This document shows, piece by piece, positions 10,275-21,035 of a stretch of DNA of 64,000 nucleotides (positions within the stretch are counted from its first letter, which is position 1; each line of letters starts with the position of its first letter). The stretch lies in assembly GCA_963706595.1 (NCBI GenBank), contig OY970166.1:1600001-1664000 (forward strand), read 5' to 3'. The notes under the pieces were generated by a model. It was not told where the DNA came from, ran no database searches, and saw only the letters and a list, made by a program, of their open reading frames with translations. The DNA is from an uncultured cyanobacterium. GTDB taxonomy: Bacteria > Cyanobacteriota > Cyanobacteriia > Cyanobacteriales > Nostocaceae. The translations under genes were made by a program, and so were the position numbers.

Positions 10275-11255
10275 CTACTGAGTTTGAAAGATATTTTGCA
10301 CCATTTTCTTATCCGTACTTGCAGCAGCTTGATCTAAAGCCGCAATTTCGCCAGAATCTAACAACCAACCCAAAGCATCAATATTCTGCTGCGCCTGTTC
10401 CAGACTTTTCGCCCCAGGGATAGGAATAGTACCCTTACAGATACACCAGTTAATTGCTACCTGAGACATAGTTTTATTTCTAAATTCTGCCACCTCTCGT
10501 AAACATTCTAAGAGCGATCGCACTCCAGGTAAAAGCTGCCTAAATAATAAACCCCGGATACCCTTGGGTAAACTCCCTTTTTCCGCATATTTCCCCGTTA
10601 AAATCCCCAACGCGAGAGGACTATAGGCAATTAACTTTATCCCCAATTCGTCACAAACATCCTTCAGCCCTAATTCCGTCACAGGATAGGTAGATAGTAA
10701 AGAATACTGAACTTGCAGCGTTTTAATAGGAACACCCCGCGCCGCAAACTTTTCATGTACCCGTTGCAGGCGTTTCGGTCCATAATTAGATAAACCGACC
10801 CCCTTCACTAGACCTTGTTCGTATAAATCAGCCAAACCATCTAACAAACCTGATTCTTGCCAAGGTGCATAATTAGCCGTAGACCAGTGCATTTGCACCA
10901 AATCGACATTTTTGCCCAAACGTTGCGCCGAAGCCTGACAAGCCTTAACCATAGCTTGACGAGTCCATCTCCAAGGGTAAGCCGCCAGCTTAGTAGCAAT
11001 GCAAATATTATCTTGATTTACCCCTTGATATTCTTTAGTAAATCGCCCCAACAGTAACTCACTGCGTCCATTTAATCGCCCAGTCCCGTAAGAATCGCCA
11101 GTATCAAACAAAGTTACACCATTGCTGACACAGAGATTAAAAACAGCCTGTAACTGTTCATCCATGCTTTCATCATATCCCCAGAGTAATTGATTACCCC
11201 ATGCCCAAGTGCCACAGCCCATACTGGGTAGAGATAGTTCTTGGCTAATCTGCAT
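10275..11255 (-). CDS. Aldo/keto reductase
   Basis: GCGTWAWG, FDTGDSYG, GVGLSNY, AYSPLALG, IPGAK. Confidence 0.92.
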   Translation of the reverse strand: MQISQELSLPSMGCGTWAWGNQLLWGYDESMDEQLQAVFNLCVSNGVTLFDTGDSYGTGRLNGRSELLLGRFTKEYQGVNQDNICIATKLAAYPWRWTRQAMVKACQASAQRLGKNVDLVQMHWSTANYAPWQESGLLDGLADLYEQGLVKGVGLSNYGPKRLQRVHEKFAARGVPIKTLQVQYSLLSTYPVTELGLKDVCDELGIKLIAYSPLALGILTGKYAEKGSLPKGIRGLLFRQLLPGVRSLLECLREVAEFRNKTMSQVAINWCICKGTIPIPGAKSLEQAQQNIDALGWLLDSGEIAALDQAAASTDKKMVQNIFQTQ

Positions 11256-11556
11256 ATTGACTCATTGTAGACATCCCTAACAACTAATTATCTTCATATC
11301 TTGTACCGGGCGACTAGAAGTCGCGGCTATACAAACAAAGTCCGCCTGCGCGGACTAAGAGAAAATTAGAGTTTTTAACCCACGGACGTGTGTTGTCGCT
11401 ACCCTTCTCTTCCTTCTTACCTTTGCGCCTTTGCGCCTTTGCGTGAAACAAATCCATATTCTCAAAGTTCAATTGAGACAACAAAAAACGCAATAAATGC
11501 TAAAGTCTGAAAATTGAGGTCAATTTAAGAACTTAAACCAAAAAACTAACTAAAGC

Positions 11557-12012
11557 ATGGAAGCGCAAATCAGTAGTAACGAAATCATGGCTATGCGGGA
11601 AATATTGCAAGATTACACACCTGCACAGTATGCCCTAGATAACTTAGCCAGACACAACGGTAAAGTTGAACGCTCATTTGAGGATTTATGGATTGAGAAA
11701 AATGGCAAAACATTAATGTCAGAGGGCAAATCAATCTGGAAAGTCACGCTGAATGTACTGCGTCAAGAACTCTGCGGTGATGATGGCTTTCGTGGTCAAC
11801 TCAAAGAATATACGAAAAATCCAGGGAGTTCACCCTTGCTATCCGGTTTGATTGTCTCTCTAGTCGGTCTTGCAACCACAAATGGATTACCAATTGATCC
11901 AGCCATCGCCACTGTAATTGTTTTGTATATACTCAAAATAGGATTAAATATATTTTGTGACTACACAGAACCACCTGCGGAAAAGGTTGGAACTCTCCCA
12001 CCGGGAGACTAA
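11557..12012 (+). CDS. Hypothetical protein with C-terminal hydrophobic hairpin
   Basis: 151-aa ORF with two hydrophobic segments near the C-terminus. Confidence 0.75.
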   Translation: MEAQISSNEIMAMREILQDYTPAQYALDNLARHNGKVERSFEDLWIEKNGKTLMSEGKSIWKVTLNVLRQELCGDDGFRGQLKEYTKNPGSSPLLSGLIVSLVGLATTNGLPIDPAIATVIVLYILKIGLNIFCDYTEPPAEKVGTLPPGD

Positions 12013-12167
12013 TATGGTTTAGTTTTATCTTTAAATTTTAGCCCTTTCTTCGCTTGCGGGGAGGGGGAATGCGTCACGTCGCTTCGCTCCGAATTCAAAA
12101 TTCAAAATTCAAAATTCAAAATTAAACACCCCACGGATAAATCCGGGGGCTTGAATTGCTGTAATGA

Positions 12168-15100
12168 TCAATCTGGTAATCTGTCTAAAATTTCCCGTGT
12201 CATCGCTGCATGATATTCATCCTGATACTCAACAAATATCTCTAACGCTGTCTGCAAGTTAGCCCTCGCCTCTGGGTAGTTTTCCTCTGCTTGTGCAAGT
12301 AGTCCTAATGATAAGTAGGTGAGGGATTGGGAATGGTGATCCCTATATTCGATAAAGATGTTCAAAGCCTGTTGATAATTGCGCCGTGCTTCTTCATATT
12401 CTCGCAATTGTTGGGCAACTGTTCCCAATTGGTGGTAGGTGCTGGCTTGGGAATAGCGATCACTATATTCGATTTTGATATTCAAAGCCTGTTGATAGTT
12501 GCGCCTTGCCTCTTCATATTTGTGCAATTCTTGGGCAACTCTTCCTAAGTTGTGGTAAGCACCGGCTTGGGAATAGCGAGCTTCCGAAGGAAGAGCTTCG
12601 CTACCGCCATATTCGATAAAAATATTCAAAGCCTGTTGATAATTGCGCCGTGCCTCTTCATATTCGTGTAATTTTAGAGCCACATTTCCCAACTCGTGGT
12701 AGGTGCTGGCCTGAAAATAGCGATCACTATATTCGATTTTGAGATTTAAAGCCTGTTGATAATTGCGCCGTGCCTCCTCATATTCGTGCAATTCTTCGGC
12801 AACACTTCCCAACTGATGGTAAGTGCTGGCTTGGGAATGATGGTCGCTATATTCGATGTCGATATTCAAAGCCTGTTGATAATTGCGCTGTGCCTCTTCA
12901 TATTCGTGCAATTTTTGGGCAACTATTCCCAAATTATGGTACGTTTTGGCAACTGTTGACTTTATTTGTGTTTCTTCTAGACCCCTAAGTTGTTGGCAAA
13001 ATGCTAGATTTTTTTGATAATATTCCCTCGCTTTCTTATAATTGCGTGTTGCTAGGTAGCTACTAGCCAACATACCAACTGCTATCAATATTTCATAATT
13101 ATGATCACTTATAATTTCAGATGGATAAGCTTCTTGAGTTTTGCAGACTAACTCTGCTAATTTCAACATCTTTTGGACATCACTTTTTAATTCTAAGTAT
13201 TTATATAAACAAAAATAGATACTAATACTTTCTTGATTATGTAAACAAATTTGCAACGCACTGTAAAGGTTTTCATATTCCCAGTTACATAATAATATAC
13301 CAACTTGACGCTTTTGAGCATCTTGAGAATCCATCAAATGCTGATAATTTCCTGCCAAACCTATATAATATTTATTAAAACCCTTTTGTAAAGCTTGACT
13401 GGTTGTCTCATTAATAGATGCTAACTTAGTCTTTAAAAAGTAGGGAAAAATAGGTTGAATCCTTAGTAAGTTATGATTATTCTCAATCAATGAGAGTAAA
13501 CCCCAGTTAATTGCTTCTTGAATGGCATCATTGAATTTATCGAAACAGTAATCATTTAATGGTTCTAGTTTTTCTAGTTCCTTGATGTAAACCGGAATAG
13601 TTCCACGACAAATAAACCCACTAAAATGAGCCAAACACAGCAACAACTTCTGTGCATCTGGTGACAAATTACTGTGAGAATATTCCACACATTTCAAAAT
13701 ACTCTTGGTCTTATCCTCACTCACCACATCCAAATTAACATCAGCCCCTTGCAACCCCTGCAAAATCTCCTGGGGTGATTGCCTTTGCAAATTCGTCAAC
13801 ACAACTTCCATCGCCAGGGGATACCCTGCCAACAATTTCATCAACTTTTCAAAATCGGCATCTTGACGAATCCCATCAACAAGGTGTGCAGCTACATTCC
13901 GTTCTAAAATTTTCTCTGCTAATTCCGTCCTGGCTTCTTTATCTAATCCTTGTAACTCATAAATATTTTGTTTAAAAGTCTGAGATTGTAGCCATTCTTC
14001 CCGACTACGTGAACCCAAAACCACCCGCGTTTTACCACCTACCAACTTCCCGACAAAATCCCGGATTTGCTGACGTTCTGCCTCTGGCAAAGTATTTTGA
14101 ATCGCCAGTTGTTGCCCAGTCACCGATTCCAAATTATCCAAAATCACAGCGTAAGCTGCACCCCGCAACTTTGCCACTAATTTCTGTACCTGTGCAGGCT
14201 GACTAATGGCTTGAAACTTCGCCTGTTCAACTCTACCATACACCTGCTGACCAATATCAAACAAAATTTGTGTCAGCGTCCAGGCTTTTTGGTCATAGCC
14301 AAAATAAAATACATCCTCAACAAAATGTGTCCTCTGCCACCATTCCCTTAAATAATTTAACAAAGTTGTTTTACCTGTTCCCCCCATACCTTGCAACAGC
14401 AAAACATTATGCCTGAGTAAGGCTTTCTCAATTTTGAGAATCTCCAAATCCCGACCAAAAAATCCATATTCCGGCAAGGAGAAACGATACTGAATAGCGA
14501 CAGATTCCCAATATTTCTCTTCTTCTTCTGGTGTAAACTGCCGTAAATTAAAATTCACTACCTGATGAGAATAAACCACAGGTAATAACCAATCTTCTAA
14601 ATTAATATAAATGGAAGAGGCTTTACGTTCTTTCTTATTGAACAGTTCCAGCCTCCCCAGCCTGATGGCTTCAGTCATGGGTTTATGATCAAACAAATGT
14701 TGATAAAGCTGTGACATCATCAACTCTGATGCCGACACAGTGACAGAATACCCCATAGCCACTACCATCTGCATCCCTGCGGTCATTAACCTGCTTCCCA
14801 GACTGGTTTCACGAGTATCTTCACTTAACCCCTCCTCGCTGGCGGAGTTCCTCACCTGTTTCCCCGATTGACAAGCATTGAGAATACACACAGGAATCCC
14901 CTTTCCGGTAAACAATGCGGCTAATTCTGAAGCTTCTACCAAATCAACCTTTCCCTGAGACTCGCCCTCAAAGCAGACAAAAGCTTTCACCCCATCAAAG
15001 GGCTGCAAATTACCACGTCCATAGCGCCCTTTATAGAAATAGCGTTCAGGTTTGCTGGGAGACTGAACCTGTTGATAATTTAGCAGCGCCCCGTGCATAT

Positions 15101-15758
15101 CCAAATGAACGATGTGATAAAATCCCGCACCTTTTTCTTGTAAATGCTTAGACAAACTTTCGTAAGTTCCCGGACGCAGCAACTCCACATTTACCCGCAA
15201 ATTGCTATTGTCAATCAACTCCAGCAACGGGCGAGAAATTGTCCGATAGCCCACATCCCTTTCCTCATCTGGACGCGCCACCACCACCAGCAGATTAATC
15301 ACAGGCGATAACTGCACATTAGCTGAAACTGGTGCAGGTGTGACATTCTTCCGCAACATTACACAGTCTACCGCCAGTGGTCGGCTTAAATCTGGGTCTT
15401 GTAGAGCTTCCCAGTGTAAAGCGTGAAATTCTGGGGTTTTTGCCACGATTTCAATCTGTACTTGACTCAGATTACCCCGCAGTTGTCGATATAAGTTGTA
15501 AGCATTGAAATCTGCCTGAAAAACTTGCTTAAATAGGCTTTCACCGTATATTTTAACGCTGGCTGCTGCCCTCTCTGCAATGACAGTATAACTAAAAGGA
15601 AACGTTACCCATTCTTCAAAATACCACTCTAGTTCTTTTTCTTCCTTTGCGGTAAAGGGGTCAGTAATCGTAACTGGGTATTCTCCGCCATCAAATTTGA
15701 GAATTGCTGCAAATCCGGTATCTATTCGCCCTTCTTCTCGAATTGTGATGACTGTCAT
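12168..15758 (-). CDS. CHAT (caspase-like) protease + NB-ARC/STAND NTPase + TPR repeat protein
   Basis: HLDMHG and LNACQS catalytic dyad; Walker A GMGGTGKT, Walker B VILDNLE; about seven C-terminal 40-aa TPR units. Confidence 0.9.
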   Translation of the reverse strand: MTVITIREEGRIDTGFAAILKFDGGEYPVTITDPFTAKEEKELEWYFEEWVTFPFSYTVIAERAAASVKIYGESLFKQVFQADFNAYNLYRQLRGNLSQVQIEIVAKTPEFHALHWEALQDPDLSRPLAVDCVMLRKNVTPAPVSANVQLSPVINLLVVVARPDEERDVGYRTISRPLLELIDNSNLRVNVELLRPGTYESLSKHLQEKGAGFYHIVHLDMHGALLNYQQVQSPSKPERYFYKGRYGRGNLQPFDGVKAFVCFEGESQGKVDLVEASELAALFTGKGIPVCILNACQSGKQVRNSASEEGLSEDTRETSLGSRLMTAGMQMVVAMGYSVTVSASELMMSQLYQHLFDHKPMTEAIRLGRLELFNKKERKASSIYINLEDWLLPVVYSHQVVNFNLRQFTPEEEEKYWESVAIQYRFSLPEYGFFGRDLEILKIEKALLRHNVLLLQGMGGTGKTTLLNYLREWWQRTHFVEDVFYFGYDQKAWTLTQILFDIGQQVYGRVEQAKFQAISQPAQVQKLVAKLRGAAYAVILDNLESVTGQQLAIQNTLPEAERQQIRDFVGKLVGGKTRVVLGSRSREEWLQSQTFKQNIYELQGLDKEARTELAEKILERNVAAHLVDGIRQDADFEKLMKLLAGYPLAMEVVLTNLQRQSPQEILQGLQGADVNLDVVSEDKTKSILKCVEYSHSNLSPDAQKLLLCLAHFSGFICRGTIPVYIKELEKLEPLNDYCFDKFNDAIQEAINWGLLSLIENNHNLLRIQPIFPYFLKTKLASINETTSQALQKGFNKYYIGLAGNYQHLMDSQDAQKRQVGILLCNWEYENLYSALQICLHNQESISIYFCLYKYLELKSDVQKMLKLAELVCKTQEAYPSEIISDHNYEILIAVGMLASSYLATRNYKKAREYYQKNLAFCQQLRGLEETQIKSTVAKTYHNLGIVAQKLHEYEEAQRNYQQALNIDIEYSDHHSQASTYHQLGSVAEELHEYEEARRNYQQALNLKIEYSDRYFQASTYHELGNVALKLHEYEEARRNYQQALNIFIEYGGSEALPSEARYSQAGAYHNLGRVAQELHKYEEARRNYQQALNIKIEYSDRYSQASTYHQLGTVAQQLREYEEARRNYQQALNIFIEYRDHHSQSLTYLSLGLLAQAEENYPEARANLQTALEIFVEYQDEYHAAMTREILDRLPD

Positions 15759-16272
15759 GGGTTAAGCTTGTCCGCACGTATGATTACACACCTACATACT
15801 ACATAATATTGTTTGGCGTTTTGCGGATAAGCATAAAAAACAGCACTTTGACTCAAAGTATGCAAGAATATTGATTTGAATCGATTTAATGTGATTTCCC
15901 CTCATATTCTGGAAAAATTCACCATATTTAGTGTTTAATTTGACTGAAACTTTAAAGGGAATTTAGTAAATTTACGAATAGTATATTTACTCTGACTTGT
16001 AGCTAGAAAACCCTAGAGTTACTACTAAACATAGTTATCGCCCTTTAGAGAAAAAAATTAGCGGACACTTTTGAGTTTCTAGCTACGTCACCTATATTAC
16101 CGTGCTAAGTCTGCTTCGGTTTCTCGGAAGCAAACATTTGTTGTGCATGGAACAAACAACTAACGACCAACAAACCCTTTAGTAAGCATAAATGTTCGTA
16201 GATGATATGGCTAGTAAATTTGCTCACACAAGAATATGGCAAGCATGGAGAGCTAACAGATTATTCCAGACA

Positions 16273-17472
16273 ATGAAGTTACCTTTGATTATGCGATCGC
16301 AATCGCTCAAGAGTTTCTTTCCCATTCTTGTCTTCATATCATTTATTACGGCACTGCTACTGAATAGTTTTAGTCCAGTAATGGCACAGCTACCGCGTCA
16401 AGAGATTCGCGGCGTTTGGATCACCAACAATGATTTTGACATCCTCAAAGATCGCACCAAAGTGCAAGAAGCCATGACTCAATTACGGGGGCTAAACTTC
16501 AACACGATCTATCCTGTGGTGTGGAACTCTGGCTATGTGATGTATCCCAGTGCCGTGGCACAACGAGCTGGTATCCAACCCTTTGTCTTTAAAGGTTCAG
16601 ATGGACATGATATTCTCGCAGACTTAATTACCCAAGCCCATCGTCGGGGACTCTTAGCCATTCCTTGGTTTGAGTTTGGTTTCATGGCTCCCCCCACCTC
16701 AGAACTGGCCTTGGAACACCCAGAATGGCTGACACAAAAGCGGGATGGTAGCCAAACTTCCATTAGTGCAGCTGGTGAAGTTGTGTGGCTCAATCCCTTC
16801 CATCCTGAAGTACAGCAATTTATTACTAGTCTTGTAGTAGAGAATGTGACTCAATATGATGTCGATGGCATTCAGTTCGATGATCACATGAGTTTGCCCC
16901 ACGAATTTGGTTACGATCCATATACCATTGCCTTATATACCGAAGAAACCAAAAATCGTCCCCCCAATAATCCCCAAGATGAAGCATGGGTACGCTGGCG
17001 GGCAGATAAAATTACAGCCTTTATGGTGCAACTCAACCAAGCTGTAAAAGCCAGAAAACCCAACGCGATTTTCTCGGTTGCTCCCAACTACTACGATTTT
17101 GCTTATAAGTTTCACCTCCAAGACTGGCTGGCTTGGATGCGGCAAAATATTGTAGACGAGCTAATTGTGCAGATTTATCGCCCCGATTTGCAAAGCTTCG
17201 TGTCTAATATTTCCCGCAGAGAAATTCAAGAAGCCCAACAAGTGATTCCCACAGGTATCGGTGTGATGACAGGTTTACGAAATCGACCTGTTTCCATCCA
17301 ACAAATTAAGGCTCAGGTCAGGGCTGCCCAAGAACGCGGTTTAGGTGTCACCTTCTTTTACTACGAAACACTTTGGAACTCTGCCCCAGAACCTGCAAGC
17401 CAAAGGATAGCCGGATTTAAAAGTCTTTTCCCGACTCCTGCCTTCCGTTCAGCAATGCAGTCAAGAAACTGA
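16273..17472 (+). CDS. Glycoside hydrolase-like family 10 (GHL10/DUF187) protein, secreted
   Basis: EIRGVW, LNFNTIYPVVWN, PWFEFG, YDVDGIQFDDH; N-terminal signal sequence. Confidence 0.88.
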   Translation: MKLPLIMRSQSLKSFFPILVFISFITALLLNSFSPVMAQLPRQEIRGVWITNNDFDILKDRTKVQEAMTQLRGLNFNTIYPVVWNSGYVMYPSAVAQRAGIQPFVFKGSDGHDILADLITQAHRRGLLAIPWFEFGFMAPPTSELALEHPEWLTQKRDGSQTSISAAGEVVWLNPFHPEVQQFITSLVVENVTQYDVDGIQFDDHMSLPHEFGYDPYTIALYTEETKNRPPNNPQDEAWVRWRADKITAFMVQLNQAVKARKPNAIFSVAPNYYDFAYKFHLQDWLAWMRQNIVDELIVQIYRPDLQSFVSNISRREIQEAQQVIPTGIGVMTGLRNRPVSIQQIKAQVRAAQERGLGVTFFYYETLWNSAPEPASQRIAGFKSLFPTPAFRSAMQSRN

Positions 17473-17606
17473 TACAGCAAATTTCATCTAATTGAAGTAT
17501 ACCAATGGCGGGCAAGATGCCCGCACCACAAGAGTTTTATGATTTGTATCATAGCCCCATCCTCGCTTGCGGGGAGGGGGTTGGGGGTGGGGTTCTTATC
17601 GCTCTC

Positions 17607-19118
17607 TTACCCCAAGAACAGCTTGTATGCAGGGTTTTGGCTTTCATCCCAATAGCGGTAGCCAAGGGTATCCAGAAATGCTTGCCACTCCTCCATCTCT
17701 TGGGGGGGTACTTGCATTCCTACGGCAATGCGCCCATAATCTGCCCCGTTGTTGCGGTAGTGGAACATACTGATATTCCAATTAGGACTCATGGAACCAA
17801 CAAATTTCATTAATGCGCCCGGACGTTCAGGAAACTCAAAACGATAAAGTAATTCGTTATGCGCTAGGGGAGAATGCCCACCAACCGTATGCCGCAGGTG
17901 TAACTTTGTCAGTTCATCATCTGTTAAGTCAATGGTTTTGAAACCGCTATTTTCAAAGGATTCCACCATTTTTTCAGCGTCGGCACGGTTTTGGATTTGC
18001 ACCCCTAAGAAAATATGAGCTTCTGTTTGATCAGCAATGCGATAATTAAACTCGGTGAGATTGCGTTTACCAATACATTCACAAAACTTTCGCAGACTAC
18101 CCTGTTCTTCAGGAATTGCTACTGCCAAGATAGCTTCGCGACGTTCCCCAAATTCGGCTCGTTCGGCGACAAACCGCAGACGGTCAAAGTTCATGTTAGC
18201 ACCGCAGGCAACGGCAATTAATGTTTGTCCTTGGATTTGTTCCCGTTCAGCGTAGGCTTTGGCAGCTGCGATCGCTAAAGCACCAGCTGGTTCTAAAATT
18301 GATCGTGTATCCTCAAATACATCTTTAATCGCCGCGCAGGTATCATCTGTATCCACCAGAATAATTTCATCTACATAGTTCTGGCACAAACGAAAAGTTT
18401 CCTCTCCCACTTCCCGCACCGCCACCCCGTCAGCAAATAAACCCACCTGAGACAACCGCACCCGATGTCCAGCTTTCAGCGATTGCGACATTGCATCAGC
18501 ATCCACAGGTTCCACACCAATAATCTTAATTTCTGGACGCAAGCGTTTTACATAAGCCGCAATTCCAGAAATCAATCCCCCACCACCAATAGCCACAAAA
18601 ATCGCATGAATAGGTTGCTGATATTGGCGCAAAATTTCCATCCCAATTGTCCCCTGTCCCGCTATCACATCAGGATCATCAAAAGGATGAATAAAAGTTA
18701 ATCCTTTTTCTGCCTCCACTTCACGGGCGTAAGCATAAGCATCATCATAGGTATTTCCATGTAATAGCACCTCTCCCCCCCTGGCTTTGACTGCATCTAT
18801 TTTCACCTGGGGAGTAGTCACCGGCATGACAATAATCGCTCGTGTTCCTAGCCGACTAGCAGCCAGGGCGACACCTTGGGCATGATTTCCCGCAGATGCA
18901 GCAATGACACCCTGCGCCAGCAATTCCGGTGAAAGGTTGACCATTTTGTTGTAAGCACCCCGCAGCTTAAAAGAAAAAACTGACTGCATATCCTCCCGCT
19001 TCAGCAAGAGTTGATTATTCAGTCGTTTCGAGAGGTTGGGCGCATACTCCAGTGGTGTTTCCTGGGCAACATCGTACACACGGGCAGTCAGAATTTGTAC
19101 CAGGTAGTCGCAATACAT
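17607..19118 (-). CDS. ilvA: Threonine ammonia-lyase, biosynthetic
   Basis: SFKLRGAYN PLP-lysine motif, ASAGNHAQG, C-terminal regulatory ACT-like domains. Confidence 0.97.
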   Translation of the reverse strand: MYCDYLVQILTARVYDVAQETPLEYAPNLSKRLNNQLLLKREDMQSVFSFKLRGAYNKMVNLSPELLAQGVIAASAGNHAQGVALAASRLGTRAIIVMPVTTPQVKIDAVKARGGEVLLHGNTYDDAYAYAREVEAEKGLTFIHPFDDPDVIAGQGTIGMEILRQYQQPIHAIFVAIGGGGLISGIAAYVKRLRPEIKIIGVEPVDADAMSQSLKAGHRVRLSQVGLFADGVAVREVGEETFRLCQNYVDEIILVDTDDTCAAIKDVFEDTRSILEPAGALAIAAAKAYAEREQIQGQTLIAVACGANMNFDRLRFVAERAEFGERREAILAVAIPEEQGSLRKFCECIGKRNLTEFNYRIADQTEAHIFLGVQIQNRADAEKMVESFENSGFKTIDLTDDELTKLHLRHTVGGHSPLAHNELLYRFEFPERPGALMKFVGSMSPNWNISMFHYRNNGADYGRIAVGMQVPPQEMEEWQAFLDTLGYRYWDESQNPAYKLFLG

Positions 19119-19319
19119 CGGGTTAACAGGTAGGCCAATTTGAGATGGATTGTTAATTTTACCGTTATTCGGTGTACCTGTTTTGCAGACATTGTTTAAC
19201 TTGTGAGGAAAGATGCTGATATTTTCGACTTATGAGGAGACTTGATTTTTAGGAGACGGAGCTTAGGAGGACTAATTGATTTGAGTTATATTTTGAGTAT
19301 AAAAAATGTCCAACTTTCT

Positions 19320-20897
19320 ATGCCTAGTAATCCCTCGCCTCAATTATCCTCAGAGCCAGAAAACTCTTTTCAAGAGAAACTGATCCGATCAATTTGGCTG
19401 CACAAAGACAAATACTGTTATTTGTTTGAACCCGATGGCTCTTATCGATTGTTAAGCACTGATCGCCGAGGTAGGTACACCATCTGTGCCAATGGTCGAT
19501 CTGTTTTGCTAACTTGGACAACTGATCCCTTCACTGAGGAATTGCTGGTGCTGGAGGATGGAAGTTTGTTGATGAGTGGGAGGGCGTTTGTGGAAATTGG
19601 TATGCGATCGCCTGCTCCTTCCCAGACTGCTAATCCTCTACCCCAGCCTGATGCTGAGATTCCTGCTCCCACTCCATCACAGAGTTACGACTTTGAGATA
19701 GACACAGGCAAAATGCCTAATTATGGCACCATTATCCTACAGGGTTCCCAAGTGAGACTGATTCATAAAGGTTACGGTGGGAATGTTTTGTCTGACGAAG
19801 TGCGTGAGTTTGATTCTCAAGAGGAAGCAGAAGACTACTACCACTCCACCATTCTCAGCAATGATCCTTACTATTCGCCTCCTTCTCACATCGAACCTGT
19901 CTACATGGAATTCTCCGACGACCATTCCCACAAGTTCTATGAAGTCACTGTTAAAGGATTAGCTGTCATCATCCACTATGGGCGCATTGGCACTACCGGA
20001 CAAACCTCCAGCACCACCTACAGCAGTCCTAAAAAAGCCGCCGCCGCCGCCGAGAAGAAAATCAATGAAAAGTTGAAAAAAGGCTACGTCATCACGACGA
20101 TGACCCCACCTCCCCGACCTGAACCAGATTTGGATATTGCCCAATTTATTCGTCCCGCCTGGAAACCGGTGGTTACTGAAGGAGATGGCGATCGCCTAGC
20201 TTCCAAGTTTTGTGGTCGTCCTTGGCTGGCGGAAGACGAAACCTGGCCTACTTGCCCCAAGTGCGCCCAGCCAATGCAACTCTTTTTTCAACTGAATCTG
20301 GCTGAGTTGCCAGAACCTGTGCGTGAGGAGTTTGGTACAGGTCTACTACAAATGTTTTACTGCATTCCTGGTGACTGCCAGCTAGAGGGGGAATATGGAA
20401 CTATCTATTACGGTAGAGAACCTTACCTGATTAAAAATGTCAGGATTCGTCTGGTGCAGCCATTAGGCAACGGTTCAACCCCTCCCTTACCCAAAATCAG
20501 TGGCGAAGACTATGGAATAGATTTTCCAGCCAAGACCATCACCGACTGGGTAGAAATTGAAGACTATCCCCACCCTGATGATCTCGTAGCACTGGTATAC
20601 GGCTGGGATCAGGTCACAAACTATGACCTGGGGAATGAATTGGCTGGGCGGTTAGGCTTGGAGCAATACGATGAGGTATACCCCACCGATGAAGGCGATA
20701 AGCTGGGGGGCTACCCGCGCTGGGTTCAGGATATGGAGTGTCCAGGCTGTCCCATTTGTCAAGCTCCCATGCGGCAAGTATTTCAACTGGCTTCTTGTGA
20801 CAACCTTCCCTATACCTTTGGCGATATGGGTATTGCCCACGTTCTGCAATGCAAAACCCACAAAGATCAGTTTGCGTTTGTTTGGGCTGGCTGCTAA
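19320..20897 (+). CDS. WGR-domain + DUF1963 (YwqG-like) protein
   Basis: KFYEV..HYGRIGTTGQ..KLKKGY WGR domain; SKFCGRPW/CPKC and KLGGYPRWVQ/CPIC motifs of DUF1963. Confidence 0.8.
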   Translation: MPSNPSPQLSSEPENSFQEKLIRSIWLHKDKYCYLFEPDGSYRLLSTDRRGRYTICANGRSVLLTWTTDPFTEELLVLEDGSLLMSGRAFVEIGMRSPAPSQTANPLPQPDAEIPAPTPSQSYDFEIDTGKMPNYGTIILQGSQVRLIHKGYGGNVLSDEVREFDSQEEAEDYYHSTILSNDPYYSPPSHIEPVYMEFSDDHSHKFYEVTVKGLAVIIHYGRIGTTGQTSSTTYSSPKKAAAAAEKKINEKLKKGYVITTMTPPPRPEPDLDIAQFIRPAWKPVVTEGDGDRLASKFCGRPWLAEDETWPTCPKCAQPMQLFFQLNLAELPEPVREEFGTGLLQMFYCIPGDCQLEGEYGTIYYGREPYLIKNVRIRLVQPLGNGSTPPLPKISGEDYGIDFPAKTITDWVEIEDYPHPDDLVALVYGWDQVTNYDLGNELAGRLGLEQYDEVYPTDEGDKLGGYPRWVQDMECPGCPICQAPMRQVFQLASCDNLPYTFGDMGIAHVLQCKTHKDQFAFVWAGC

Positions 20898-21035
20898 GTA
20901 TAGCAGGGGGCAGGGAGCAGGGAGCAGGGGGAAAGAGGATTTTCCGGTTTTTGCACCGATGCGGGAATTATAAATAATTAGGCGAACATGATATCACTGG
21001 TTGGATCACAATCTATTTAAAAAACCACCGTAATC

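Noticed and set aside
12300..12960. Regular direct repeats suggesting a CRISPR array
   Set aside because: They are 120-bp coding TPR units without unique spacers, and no cas genes are present
17505..17813. ORFs beginning MAGKMPAPQ / MRGGGWGWG (also 25882, 44471, 51841, 58923, 62329)
   Set aside because: Translations of dispersed repeats or MITEs, or antisense to real genes
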